Shown here in pieces: positions 14,101-28,300 of a stretch of 64,000 bases of DNA. The position numbers and the translations under genes are program-made. The notes under the pieces are model-generated. The model was not told the origin of the DNA, searched no databases, and was given only the letters and a program-made list of their open reading frames with translations. The stretch is taken from contig NC_068985.1 in the NCBI RefSeq assembly GCF_001194135.2, positions 32,603,952 to 32,667,951 of the forward strand. The letters run 5' to 3'. The DNA is from Octopus bimaculoides. Lineage: Eukaryota. Positions within the stretch are counted from its first letter, which is position 1. Each line of letters opens with the position of its first letter.

Positions 14101-17100
14101 GTCCATAGGTATGGCCACACTTGTATATATAAACCTTTGTAAAATTATAAATGTAACAATTATATTGTTTCCCTATATATTGATATGTGTGTGTAATTTT
14201 CATCATTTTTATGCTGCTTTAGGTTGAACAGGTTGTGACTGCCAGAGTTATTGCCCTCCTAGATAGTTTGGAGGATCACGTCTCACTTGAATGTTTAATT
14301 TTTGATAGGGTTATTATTTTAAAGTCACCATGTATAAACTGACATCTTGCTTTTATAAAATTTATCAATTCCCTCAACTTCAGATGTCTTTGAATTTTGT
14401 TCATAAATCTTTTTAATGGAACTTAGTCTGTTACTTCTTTCAGTCGTTGGACTGCAGCTATGTGAGGACACTGCTTTCAAGGATTTTAGTTGTATCCATT
14501 ACTTATTTTAATCTGCTACTTATTTTATGAATTTTTTTTTTTTTTTTTCCTAATATTTCCAGGTATGGCTAGTATTGATAGCAGTGCACCAGAAACAACC
14601 TCAAGTGATAACTCCCCTACTCTGATACGTCGCAGTTGGTCAAAGCATCAAGGGCCAGGCAGTGACAGTGGTAGCAGTGGTAAGAGTAGTGATTCACTTG
14701 GGTCTAGTAGTTCCGAGGAAAAAGTTGCTGTTAACTGTAACAAAGTTAGAGAGAATGAAAGGTAATAATATATTGAATTATGTCTCATGTTTGTGCATGC
14801 ATACACACAAACATTTTTCTTCTAAAATCATTTGATTTTTAATCAAGATTATTTACACACATTTAATACAATGGTTACTTTCTAAGACATTAAACTATCT
14901 TTTATCTTTTTTATAATTGTTTCAGTCATTTTACTGGGGCACTGCCTTCAAGAATTTTTAGTTGAATGAATCAACCTTAGTACTTTTTTTTTTAAGCCTG
15001 GTATTTATTTTATCGGTCTCTTTTGCTGAACTGCTAAGTTATGGGGATGTAAACACACCAGTACTGGTTGTCAAGTGGTGGTGGGGAACAAAGACACACA
15101 CACACACGATAGGCTTCTTTCAGTTTCCATCAACCAAATCCACTCACAAGGCTTTGGTCAGCCTGAGGCTATAGTAGAAGATACTTGCCCAGGGTGGCAT
15201 ACAGTGGGACTGAACCCAGAACCATGTGGTTGGGAAGGGAACTTCTTACCACACAGTTACACCTACGCCTAGTTAGCTATTCTCATTCATATTGTTAATT
15301 AATATCACTTATCATTAGAATACTGATTACAAAGTTCATGAATGAGAGAATCACTAGAGTCAAACAAAAAGCTCAGCAGTATTTAGTCACATTCCTTTAC
15401 ATTTTGTGTTCAAATCCTATGAAGGTCAACTTTGCTTTTCACCCATTTGGTGGGGATGATAAAATAAGTATCATTAAAGTATAGTAGGCTGACTAATTAC
15501 CTATACCCATTCCACAATATTTGTAGCTTTGTACACAGTTTAACATCAGTGTTGTTCTGATTAGGACATTCTTCTGATTTGTTGTCATTCATATTCTCAT
15601 AACATAAATAGAAAGATGTTATTAAACTTTCTGCCTTGGAGTTTTGTTTTTATGATTGTGTGTGTGTTTGTTTGGGGGCAGAGGTTTATGGTATCTACTT
15701 AACTCCACTGGTCTACTTTTAGTTAGAACACATTTACAAATATTCTTGAACTCTAGTGCAATGGTTTAACCTAATCAGTTGAATGTTGGCTTCTGAAGTT
15801 TTATCGAAGCAAGTTCAATCAGTATGCAATTGATATTTTGATGATGAGGATGGTTAGGATAATTTAAATGCTTCTGTCGTGTTATATAAACTATCAGTTA
15901 AATATTATTTAGAATTAGTGTTTCAGATTCCTAGCTTAGGATTGTCACCAAGCTAAGATATTAGTTTTGTTTTAAAAGTGAAATGTTTTACAAAACAACT
16001 TTTATTAAAACAATACTAATCTTAGAGACTTTTTCTGGTGATCCCCTTCATAGAGAAATATTTAAAGATAGCCATTTTATATTCTTAAAATCTACTTTAT
16101 GTATATATAAATTTGTAATGTCTTATGTGGTGCTGAAAATTATGTTGTAAGTCCTTCGTTCTTCAATTTTATCATCAATATAAATCTAATAAAGTCTCAT
16201 TTGAGATTGAAATTGCTTTTTGTTACAGTTCACTCTTTCACCATTCAGGTATACTGACACAAAATTTGTCATGCAAATGAATTACTCTTCTTTCTGTTTG
16301 TTATTATCTCCCTCTGATATTTTATGTGGTCAAGCTCTATAGTCTCTTCAATCTATTTGGTCAAAGCTGACATTTAATAATGCTAATTCAAGTTTAGCAG
16401 TCAATATGTCCATGTATTGACATTAAGCTATCTTAATTGATTGCGTCATGTTAAGAATGCATACTTGACATTTATGCACTCTCCCCTGATTACTACAAAA
16501 TCTTTGCGAAATATTTTCTCCAAAGAAAATTCAGCTTCAGTTTATTCTCTGTCTTGTTTTCTGTTTCAGTCTCACAAATCCATTTCTGGCCAGGATCACT
16601 TCCTTAGTTCTTATTGATACAAGAATGCCATCTACTAATATGAAGACTATCAGGTTAGTCCAGAATGGGTGGCCCCTGATTAATCGAAAAGTTCAGTTCT
16701 CGAAAATTGGTCCATTAAGCAATGTTTCATGAAACATTTTTCTAATATAAATCTGTTTTGAAAATGGAGATATATTCATATATCAGAGAAAAATATCTCA
16801 CCTGCATATAGTAAGTGTGTTTTTCATATGACCTTGAACATCTGCTGCACAGTATTTGAGATGTCCAAAAATAAATTTTGCAGTACCATTCAGGAAACTG
16901 AATGACAGTCCATCAAATAATATAGTGAGGATTTTAGTGTAATAAAAACATATAATCAAACTATTTTCTTCCATTTTGATGGATACAAAAGTTGTTACAG
17001 TCACAGTGTAACAATGTCTTTTTAAACTTTTACAATTCACATATAATATCTAATGAAATACCATTATTACATTTTCCTGTAGCTATTGCTTATGCTCATT

Positions 17101-20100
17101 ATTCCAGTTGCTTTGAAAGTTGTAAAATGTGGCTCTTAAATCTTTTCATATTGAATAGTAACTTTACATTTGTCTTCTCAAGCGTTGTTACTTACTAAGT
17201 TGTCAAATATTATTTTCTTGTTCATTGTAAATTCATTACTTAAACTCGTAACAAATTCTGTTATATTTATATATTGTGATTCTTCGAGAGATTGTTACAG
17301 TTTTCTCTTCTTGCATATACTATAAAGCTCTAAATATTTCCTGAGTTATTTTTACTATATTTTCTATTTCCATTTTGTTTTGTCACAAGTTCTGTTGTCT
17401 CTGCCTTGTTGTCTACTCTTGTTAACTTTTTTTGTACGTTTACCAGTTTTTAAAAAATTGTCATCTTACATTGCAATTGCAATTTTCTCTGCATTCTGTT
17501 GAAGTTAATAAGCTATGCTACATATATAATTTTCACTTGTGTTACTTCAATAATTATAAAATTAAGCATAGTGCATTGATATTTATGTATTTTTACATAC
17601 ATTTCAAATTTTACCTCATTCTGTTTCTCTAATTGCTTCTCTTATAGTGATAAATATCCTCAGTGATTTACATTTCAACAATGAACTGAAATAGTTATAT
17701 CCATTTGCTATGGACACTTATCATAATAATCACTTTAATAGGGAGTTGCAATTGTGCGTGTGTTCCCCTATTCATACATGTTAGTAATTAGAATGTATGT
17801 CACTGAATTGTTACTGTTAGTCCAGGTAGAATAATTGAATTGCTTGAATTTATATTGAGAAAAGTAAAGTGGTTGTTATCATGAAGTACATCAACTTATG
17901 AAATATACAAATGTCTAAAAATGTGTACACCTATCCAAGCCTTATAAACTGTGATAAAAATGTTGCTCTATATAATCATCTCAATTTTACATATTACTAT
18001 TGTGATCAATAGCCTTAAAAGTAGTACAACCTTTACTAGAAGCATTTATTTACCCTTTTATTATTTCAGAAAAGTTACAAGCTCTTTGTAACCTGTAGGA
18101 TCTGGGGAATCCTCTAGGGTTGGAATTATTTGCTTTTTAGCACTTTGGGTTGGTTTTGGAGGGGTTTTTTTTTTTTTTTTTCTGCTACAAAATCTTTAAT
18201 GACAAAACCATAAGGGTAGTATGATCTCCAAATAATGACATTTTGTTTCTGATTCAAATTTTGGTTAAAAAAATACAGTAAGGTTATTAAAATCACAACT
18301 GAGCACAAAAATAATTGTTTTGGGAGCTTGATTGTAACAATTATCATTGTGGGTTCAAGTTATAGTGCTTCCTTATTTAGTCATTGCAGTAATAAAATAA
18401 ATTGGTTTAATAAGTTTGCAGTATTGTCTTTATCCGCATAAATATTACATACACTTATAGTTGATTTTCACATTAAATGTAGTTACACATGCAACATTTT
18501 GGCTCTTTGAAAATAAATTTGTAAATAATGTCAAAATACCATAGGATTTAAGAAAATGTAGCCATAGTAATTGAGAAAATGTTGATTCTTTCACCAAGCT
18601 GTTTTGTTTCATTAATAGACAAGGAATGTGAAGAAAAAAGTCCATGTCAGTTTATTTTTTCTTAGTCAATATTTGAATTTTTTGCAAATTCTTTAATCTT
18701 TTGAAGAAAATGTAATCCAGTTTTTTTTTTTTAATTAGTCAAAGAAATGAAAGAAAGAATAGAAGCAGTGCTTGAAATGAATATTAACATGTTATTTAAA
18801 GCAATTTGTTGTTACTGTTGTAATGGCGCAGTAATTATATTTGCAGAAAAAAACATTTTGATGAGCATCCAGGAAATTGAATGAAAATAGTTTTTAATTG
18901 TCAGCATCATTTTAGTTATTCAGAAATTATAAGGAATGGTTCATTTTCACTAGTCATTAAATTGCTACCTTTATGTCATCATCATCATCATCATCATATT
19001 TTATCTATATAGATAACTCAATTATTGATTTATATTTTTTCTTCAGATACAAAGGAAAAAGAATTATACCAACTACACCAAATCAGCCAAGTGAGGCTTC
19101 TGCTCATTTTATGTTTGAGTTGGCAAAGAATGTTTTGTTTAAAGCTGGGGGTAATAGCTCAACCTCACTTTTTACACGACCCCCAAATAACAACAATCCT
19201 ACTGGACCACATCGCAACTTACATCTATGTGCTTTCCAAATTGGTCTCTATGCTCTTGGATTACACAATTGTGTATCACCCAACTGGCTGTCTCGTACCT
19301 ACTCTTCTCATGTTTCTTGGATAACAGGTAATATCTTAGTCTCTACTGCTAATGATTACATGTATTGAGCATTTATGTTAAATGTCTATTGTCATACAAT
19401 AGTTCCAAAACAAACAAAGCAACAATGGTTTTAAATATCATTAAAAACATTTTAAATACTAGCTGATAACCAGAAATGTCTGTCCATAAAATGCCTACCT
19501 GGAAAGTTTATAGCTTCTAAATCAGTGTGAGGTTGGTATCAAAGTATTGAATCATTCACACACTAACATATATGAATAATATTCTTAAGGTCAACATTTA
19601 CTCACTTGCGACCACTTCTAGGCTTTGTCACTAATTCAGTTTTTAACCAAATTAGATGATGTTTACATTTTTAGACTGGTTACATCCTAAGCTACATTTT
19701 CAGCTGCGAAATTTGAAAATTGCTTTGGTAGAAAAAAAAAGTTTCAGTAAAATATGTAAGGTCAAAAACAGGAGAGTAACACCTGAAATCTACTTTCAGT
19801 CCAAATTTTTTTTTTCTTTTTTAAGAAATCTATATTTTATTTTAGCTTATATGATAGATCTCGGTGAGAGGAATCTATTCATGTTACTTATATGCAAAAA
19901 TATTCGGTAGAAAAAAAGTACTGAAGTAAAAACCAGCGCAAAAAAAAAAAATTAACGCCTGAAATCAAATTTGACTCCAAATATCATTTTTATTTCAAAA
20001 GGAAACTATATTTAAATTCAACTTTTCTGATAGATCTCCATTAGAGGAATCTGATGATGCCAATTATATAAAAAAAAAATTTTTAATTAAAAACTACTGG

Positions 20101-22350
20101 GGCCAAATGTGCCAAAAAAGTGGTAACACCTAAAATGAAATTCAGACCCTAAAAATTTTTCTTTTTACCTCATAAGATAGAACTCATCAAGACAAGTGCT
20201 GTGGTGCTAATCTTTTCAAAATGTATCATTCACGCATAGTGTGTGAATAATATTCTTAAGGTCAGCATTTACTTACTCATGACCACTTCTAGGCTTTGTC
20301 ACTAACTCAGCTTTTAACCAAATTAGACGACGTTTACATTTTTAGATTGGTTACATCATAAGCTATATTTCGAGCTAAAAACTTTGAAAATTGGTTCAGT
20401 AGCAAAAACGTTTGAGTCAAATATGTGAGGTCACAAACGAGAGAATAACACCTGAAATCAACTTTGAGTTTTTTGTTTGTTTTTTTTTAAATAAATCTAT
20501 ATTTTATTTTAGCTTATATGATAGATCCCGACAACAGGAATATATCCATGTTAGTTATATGCAAAAATATTCAGTAGAAAATAAAGTACTGAGGTAAAAA
20601 CCAGTGAAAAAAAAAAGAGAGATTAATACCTGAAATTACCTTTGACTCCAAATATTCTCCTTTCAAAAGAAAACTATATTTAAATTTAACTTTTCTCATA
20701 GATCTCGCCTTCAGGAATCTCATGATGCTAATTATATATAAAAAAAAATTTTATAAAAAACTACTGGGACCAAATGTGCTGAATGCAGTGGTAATGCCTA
20801 AAAGCAAATTCAAGACCTAAACTTTTTCTGTTAAAATTTCGTTTTTGTTTAGCTCATATGATAGAATTCATCAAGACAAGTGCTGTGGTGCTAATCTTTT
20901 CAAATATTCAAAATGAAAAACGTTATTATATAAGCTAAATGTGCCAAAAGTACTCTTTTACTCTTTTACTTGTTTCAGTCATTTGACTGTGGCCATGCTG
21001 GAGCATCACCTTTAGTCGAGCAAGTCGACCCCAGGACTTATTCTTTTTGGAAGCCTAGTACTTATTCTATCGGTCTCTTTTGCTGAACCGCTAAGTTACG
21101 GGGACATAAACACCACCATCGGTTGTCAAGCGATGCTGGAGGGACAAACACAGACACACAAACATATACACACACATACATCTATATATNNNNNNNNNNN
21201 NNNNNNNNNNNNNNNNNNNNNNNNNNNNNNNNNNNNNNNNNNNNNNNNNNNNNNNNNNNNNNNNNNNNNNNNNNNNNNNNNNNNNNNNNNNNNNNNNNNN
21301 NNNNNNNNNNNNNNNNNNNNNNNNNNNNNNNNNNNNNNNNNNNNNNNNNNNNNNNNNNNNNNATATATATATATATATATATATACATACATACGACGGG
21401 CTTATTTCAGTTTCCGTCTACCAAATCCACTCACAAGGCTTTGGTCGGCCTGGGGCTATAGTAGAAGACACTTGCCCAAGGTGCCACGCAGTGGGTATGA
21501 ACCCGGAACCATGTGGTTGGTAAGCTAGCTACCTAGCACACAGCCACTCCTGCGTCAATTTTCAAGTAATATTATTACTTATTACGAGCTGGCAGAGTTG
21601 TTAACATGCAGCATTTCGTCTGTCTCTACATTCTGAGTTCAAATTCCACCAAGGTTCTCTTTGCCTTTTATCTTTTTGTTACTCAATAAAATGAGTATCA
21701 GCTGAGCACTGAGGTACTCAATAAAATTAGTATCAGCTGAGCACTGAGGTGATGTAATCAACTTCCCTCCGAATTTGATGTCCTTCTGCCAAAATTGGAA
21801 ACCAATATTGCAAAATGTTTGATTCAATCCAGTATTTAGGTATCTCGCAAAAATCTATTGCATATTCATAGAATACACTATATTGTAATAAATATATATT
21901 GTAATAAATATCATTCACTCACAGCAGTGTGTGAGTAATATTCTTACGGTCAACATTCACTCACTCACGACTACTTCTAGGTTTTGTCACTAATTCAGTT
22001 TTTTACCAAATTTGATGATGTTTATACATTTTTAGATTGGTCACCTCCCAAGCTACATTTTGAGCTACAAAATTTAAAATTTGGTTCAGTAGAAAAAAAG
22101 TTGAGATTTCAAATATGTGAGGTCAAAAAAGAGAGATTAACACTTGAAATCAACTTCAGGGATATACATGCAACACTACATACATACTTTCATAAACACA
22201 CACACACACACATGCACATACACACAAGTATCTTTTAAAACACCCATGAAGGGAAACAAAGTGTGATGAATGCGTAGCTTTAAGGAGAGAGGGGATAAGT
22301 TGACAACAGTTATAACAAGTAAACTGTTTTCTGTTGTCCATCGTAAATAG

Positions 22351-22381
<31 letters not shown>

Positions 22382-25300
22382 CATGATGGCCATCCACTCG
22401 TGACTGAGGAAGACCATTGCTGACCTTCAGGGACATTGTGCGCTCTAGGACTAACTTATAATTTGCATTTGTGGCTCCGTTGGTGGCTAATGGGCCCTGC
22501 TCTTGACAAGCATACACAACTGCAAACATTGCAGACCAAGCTTTCCCCATTCACTATACGAGCCGTGCGCTTTCGCGCAGCTTGCTTAAGTTCTTCATGC
22601 TGGATACGTGCTTTCTCAAAAGTGTTGATCCCCTCCTTTACCTGCTTCCTCCATCTGTGGTGATGACAGGCATTGTTCTCCCAGTCAGTGTCCTGCATAT
22701 CACAGGTCTTTAATAAGGACTTGACACAGTCTTTAAATCGCAGCCTTGGTTTCTGCTGGAGTCTCCTTCCATTCACAAGTTCTCCATATAGCATCTGCTT
22801 AGGAATCCTGCTATCCTTCATTCTAATAAGGTTTCCAGTCCAACGTAACTGGTGCTTGTGCACCATTGCCTCAATACTCAAGATGTCAGCTGTCCTCAGG
22901 ACCTGTGTGTCTGGAATTTTTGTGGTCCAGCCAACATTGAGAATGTGTCTGGGACATCTCTGATGAAAGCATTCAAGNNNNNNNNNNNNNNNNNNNNNNN
23001 NNNNNNNNNNNNNNNNNNNNNNNNNNNNNNNNNNNNNNNNNNNNNNNNNNNNNNNNNNNNNNNNNNNNNNNNNNNNNNNNNNNNNNNNNNNNNNNNNNNN
23101 NNNNNNNNNNNNNNNNNNNNNNNNNNNNNNNNNNNNNNNNNNNNNNNNNNNNNNNNNNNNNNNNNNNNNNNNNNNNNNNNNNNNNNNNNNNNNNNNNNNN
23201 NNNNNNNNNNNNNNNNNNNNNNNNNNNNNNNNNNNNNNNNNNNNNNNNNNNNNNNNNNNNNNNNNNNNNNNNNNNNNNNNNNNNNNNNNNNNNNNNNNNN
23301 NNNNNNNNNNNNNNNNNNNNNNNNNNNNNNNNNNNNNNNNNNNNNNNNNNNNNNTAACGTCCGCTTTCTATGCTAGCATGGGTTGGACGATTTAACTGAG
23401 GACTGGCAAACCAGAAGGCTGCACCAGGCTCCAATCTGATCTGGCAGAGTTTCTACAGCTGGATGCCCTTGATAACGCCAACCACTCCAAGAGTGTAGTG
23501 GGTACTTTTACATGCCACCAGCATGAAGGCCAGTCACACGGTACTGGCAACGGCCACACTCAAAAAGGTGGTTTTTACATGCTACCTGCATGGGAGCCAG
23601 TTCAGCGGCTCTGGCAACAACCTCGCTCAAATGATTTTCTAATGTGCCACCAGCACAAGTGCTGGAAGGCGACACTGGTAATGATTACGCTCAAATGGTG
23701 CTATTTATGGGCCACTAGCACGGAAGCCAGACGGCTGCTCTGGCAATGAACACGCACGGACAGTGCTGTTAGTGCTCCACTGGCGCGGGTGCCAGTCATC
23801 GAGTATGGTTCAATTTCGATTTCACTTGCCCCAACAGTTCTTCGCAAGCAGAGTTTAGTGTCCAATGAAGGAGAGGTTGGTATGGGTGCCAGGCGTCGGG
23901 TTCAGTTCGATTTCGATTTCAGATTTCAAATTCCAAATTAACTTACCTCAACAGGTCTTCACAAGCAGAGTTTTTAGTGTCCAATGCAGTAAAGATACAA
24001 ATAAGTGAGCTGGCTACACTTCTGGCAGAGATCACAGATTATGCTCTCACTTGCCTTGCCGGGTCTTCTCACATACTGCATATTTCCAAAGGTCCCGGTC
24101 ACTGGTCATTGCTTCGGTGAGGCCTAAAGTTCGAAGGTCGTGCTTCACCACCTCATCCCAGGTCTTCCAGGGTCTACCTCTTCCACAGGTTCCCTCAACC
24201 GCTAGAGTGTGACACTTTTTCACACAGCTATCCTCATCCATTCTTGTCACATGTCCATACCAGCACAATCGTCNNNNNNNNNNNNNNNNNNNNNNNNNNN
24301 NNNNNNNNNNNNNNNNNNNNNNNNNNNNNNNNNNNNNNNNNNNNNNNNNNNNNNNNNNNNNNCACATGCGTCATACAGTCTGCCTTTTACTCTGAGTGAG
24401 AGGCACTTTGTCACCAACAGAGGTAAGAGCTCTCTAAACTTTGCTCAGGCTATTCTTATTCTAGCAGCTACACTTTCAGTGCACCCTCCCCCAATACAAA
24501 CTTGGTCACCTAGGTAGCGGAAGCTATCAACTACTAGTTTTTCTCTCTGGAGTGTGGCAAAGGTTTTCTGCACATTTTCAGTGTTTATTGCTCCTGAGCA
24601 TCTGCCACATACAAAAACTATTTTGCTAGTTAGCCTTCCTTTGATATTGCTGCACCTCTTATGTGTCCATAGCTTGCACTGGGTACATCTTATGGAGTTT
24701 CTACCTACGCCTTTTATACAGATTGAGCAGGGCCATCTACCTGAAGGGGTTTGTGTTTTGTGTACCTTCCTACTGACAGAATTTAAACTCAGAACATTAA
24801 GAGCCAAAAAAAAATACCACAAATTACTTCTTTTTCCTACATTTTTCAGTATATATTCCAACTCTTTACATTCTGAGTTCAAATCCTTTTGGGGTCAACT
24901 TTGTCTCTCATCCTTTTAGGGTCAGTAATAAGGGCATTAACTTTTAAAAACCTAACATTAAACGCATTAATTAGACATACATTTATCTCTTCAACTCAGT
25001 ACAGAAGAAAAGTTACTTTTCAAATGTGTGTACATAAATCAAATTTGTATGTTTTTATGGTCACCTAACATTAGTAGATTATAAATTTTACAACTTAGTT
25101 CATCTTATGTTTGTTGAGTGGTACCATTGACCACGTTCCATATTTTCCCAATTTGATTGTCTTCCCTATTTTGAATTAAGAGAACATCTCTACTGAAGAT
25201 GTATAGAATTTGAAATCTTCTGTGAATTTCTGGTGTTATGTGTGTGTGTTTATATCATAATGAAATATTTTGTTTTGAATATATTTTTCTGTTTTTCTTT

Positions 25301-28300
25301 CAACAGGTCAAGCAATGGAGATTGGGAGTGCTGCAATCAATATTCTTATTGATACTTGGGAAGGTCACCTTACTCCACCTGAAGTTGCATCTCTTGCTGA
25401 CCGTGCTTCAAGAGGTCGAGATCCCAACATGGTGAAGGCAGCATCTGAACTGTCTCTCTCTTCTTTACCCCATGCTCATGCTTTAAATCCCATTGAAGTG
25501 CAACGTGCCTTGCTTCAATGCAAGGAGCATAGCAAAGAGATGCTGGAGAAAGCTTGTCTTGCTGTTGAAAGTGCTGCTAAAGGCGGTGGTGTTTACCCTG
25601 AAGTTTTGTTTGAAGTGGCACGACATTGGGACAAGATGGCTGAAGAGTCTGCTCACCTTAGTAATAATGGAGGTGCACAAGGTAGATATGCTAATTGCTT
25701 TTGTTTTTTTTTAAATTTTTCTAATGCTTTTTTTTTTTTTTTTAAATTTTACTTACAATGTGATTAATTACTAGCTACAACAATATAGTTGGAAATAAAT
25801 AAGAAAAACAATGTATACCTTTATCTTATTTATTTCATTATTTTGACCATGACAAACCCAAGACCTGTGTAAGGAAAGTGGAACAGTGTTCTGATATGTG
25901 CAGTTAGTTAGAGTAGAGGAACATTGTAACATTTACAGATCAATAGTTAGATCAACCAGTGAGCATCATGCAAATCTTGTCAGTTGTTGAATGAAGGTGA
26001 CCTTTCTGATTTTGATTATAATGTTCTGTAATAATGTGAACCACTTAATGTACAGTTAGGGACCTTAAATGGGTTTTTTTTTAATAACTTTTAGCTAGTC
26101 CTCTTCATGTTGTTTACATAATCTGCACTAGGTATCATGAAGTCATTTTTATTCTACTGCAATAAAAGACTGTATAGTTTTGTTGGAATACTTTTTAAGT
26201 TCAAAGAAAATAAACAACTAAGTGACTCTAATTCTCATAGTTTTTAGTCTGTGTTATAAATGTTCAGTTGCCTTTGATGTTTTTATAGTTAATTATATTT
26301 TAGTATTAACTTATGTATGTTAAATTTTTATTGAAATGTATATTTCTTTCTTCAGATTTGTCTGTGGCTTTGGAAGCTTCCCATTCTCAAGATGAAGATA
26401 GCAACCGGCCATTAATGGTGGATTGTGTTGGAGACCAGATAAATCCTTCATCTAACACCTCTTCTGCTCTTCCTATGATTACTTACAACCAACAGCCTTC
26501 TCACACATCTACTAATTCACAGGTCTCCACCCAAGGAACTCCTCCACCACCACCGCAAATTATCTTGCATTCCTCTAACCATATGAACCATCCTGGACCA
26601 ATGGTGATTCCATACACACTTCCTGGGCCTGCCCAAAATGGCCAGATGCCCCACCACCCAACCACCTATGTGCCAACATACAGTATCTTCAATCACCACC
26701 ACCATCATCAGTACCCTCCACCACCACCACCTCCCCCACAGACTACTCACATTCCACTCCATAACAATTTGCACCACCCTGGAGCCTATATTACAACTTA
26801 TTCTTATCAGAATCAGTCACCATTTCCTGTTGGTAACCTTCAGAACATTCAGAATGTTCATCAAAATACTGCACAGATCTTCTCCAATGGAACTAATATC
26901 CGACATCTAGGTCCCACCATGCAAATCTATCCTAACCCAAACTGTCAAGTAAGTATGATAGATTCTACAGTCATATTAATATATAACTAAATGTTGTTTA
27001 TTTTTTAATAATTAGCTTAATTAAACTTATGGCAAAGATGCAAGAAACAATCTATAGACAATAAAAATTTTGGTTAAACTTATGGCAAAGATGCAAGAAA
27101 NNNNNNNNNNTCTATAGACAATAAAAATTTTGGTTAAACTTATGGCAAAGATGCAAGAAACAATCTATAGACAATAAAAATTTTGGTTAAGTGTCATTAT
27201 AAGTTATACTGTACACATCATTGTACAATGCTTTGTCGAAAGGGAAGGAATAACAATCAAAACATAGTGTCTAATGTGCTGGTAGTTTTTCTTTTCCTTT
27301 ATTTTTTCATGCTAGTGATTTTTAACTATATTTAGAAGCCAGCCTAATGATTAATTTTAGAGTAACAGTAATTGCCTTTCAAAATTTTAAAATATTGGAA
27401 AAAATAAGAAAATTGCTCACCATTTTATTGTGAGGTCACTGTTAAAAAACCCTCTGCTTTTGACTATTTAAATTATTGAATAAGTGAATAGGGCTCAAGT
27501 TCTTAATTTCAAAGATTAAAAGCCTAACACTGTCACTCCTATTCCCTTCAGTTTTTGAATTAGAAGAGGATATCTAACCTTCTGTAAAAACTTTTTAAAT
27601 CTCTTGACTTGAAAAAATAATTGGTTTGATTTTAGCATAGAAAAGACATGAAGTCATCTAAAATGAAACAGAGCTAACTTAGGCTTTATTTATCTTTCTT
27701 TTGTCTTTTAGATATAAATTAATTTCTCCTTCGAACACATTTTGATTATTATTACTTTGTTGCGGATATTAACAGTTATACTTGTAGTTATAGCTTATAG
27801 TTATAATATGAAAATCTAAAATGTGAACTAACTGTGAATGTGCATAAAAATTTGTTTCTCTAATTATATATATATATATATATATTTATATATAATTTCA
27901 AACTGTAATTTTACTAAGTTGACTTTGTGATGCACTTTTTATGTGTATTATATTTATGTTGTATTTGAATTTTATTTTATAATAGCTTGGGTCACTTCAG
28001 CCAGTGCATGGTGGCAACACAGCAACAGCAACTGCAGGAAATAATGTTCAACATGTGGACCAACCACCTGTGTTTACACCATGCCAGCCTACCTCCTCAA
28101 ACTGTGTTCCTGGCCAGCAGCAAGGCCCACTTTGTGTTGGCCAGCAACAGCAGCAGCCTGTTGGACAGTCCAATATTCAAACCCCTTCTGCTATTAATAA
28201 TCAGACACAAATGAACTACCTGATGGCTGCCTATAGAGTTGGCATGCTAGCTATGGAGACACTTGGTCGGAATGATCGTCCACATATGAAATATGCTCGC

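Noticed and set aside
14223-14231. 9-nt microexon-like GTTGAACAG after atgctgctttag, with an in-frame TGA that editing could turn into Trp
   Set aside because: The donor GTTGTG is poor and there is no independent support.
18070-18094. Possible small exon after ttatttcag that would restore frame together with the 20-nt candidate
   Set aside because: Only weak donors (GTAACC, GTAGGA after T) are available.
27021-27190. Three copies of a 53-bp unit
   Set aside because: Identical copies around a 10-N gap; probably an unmerged contig overlap.
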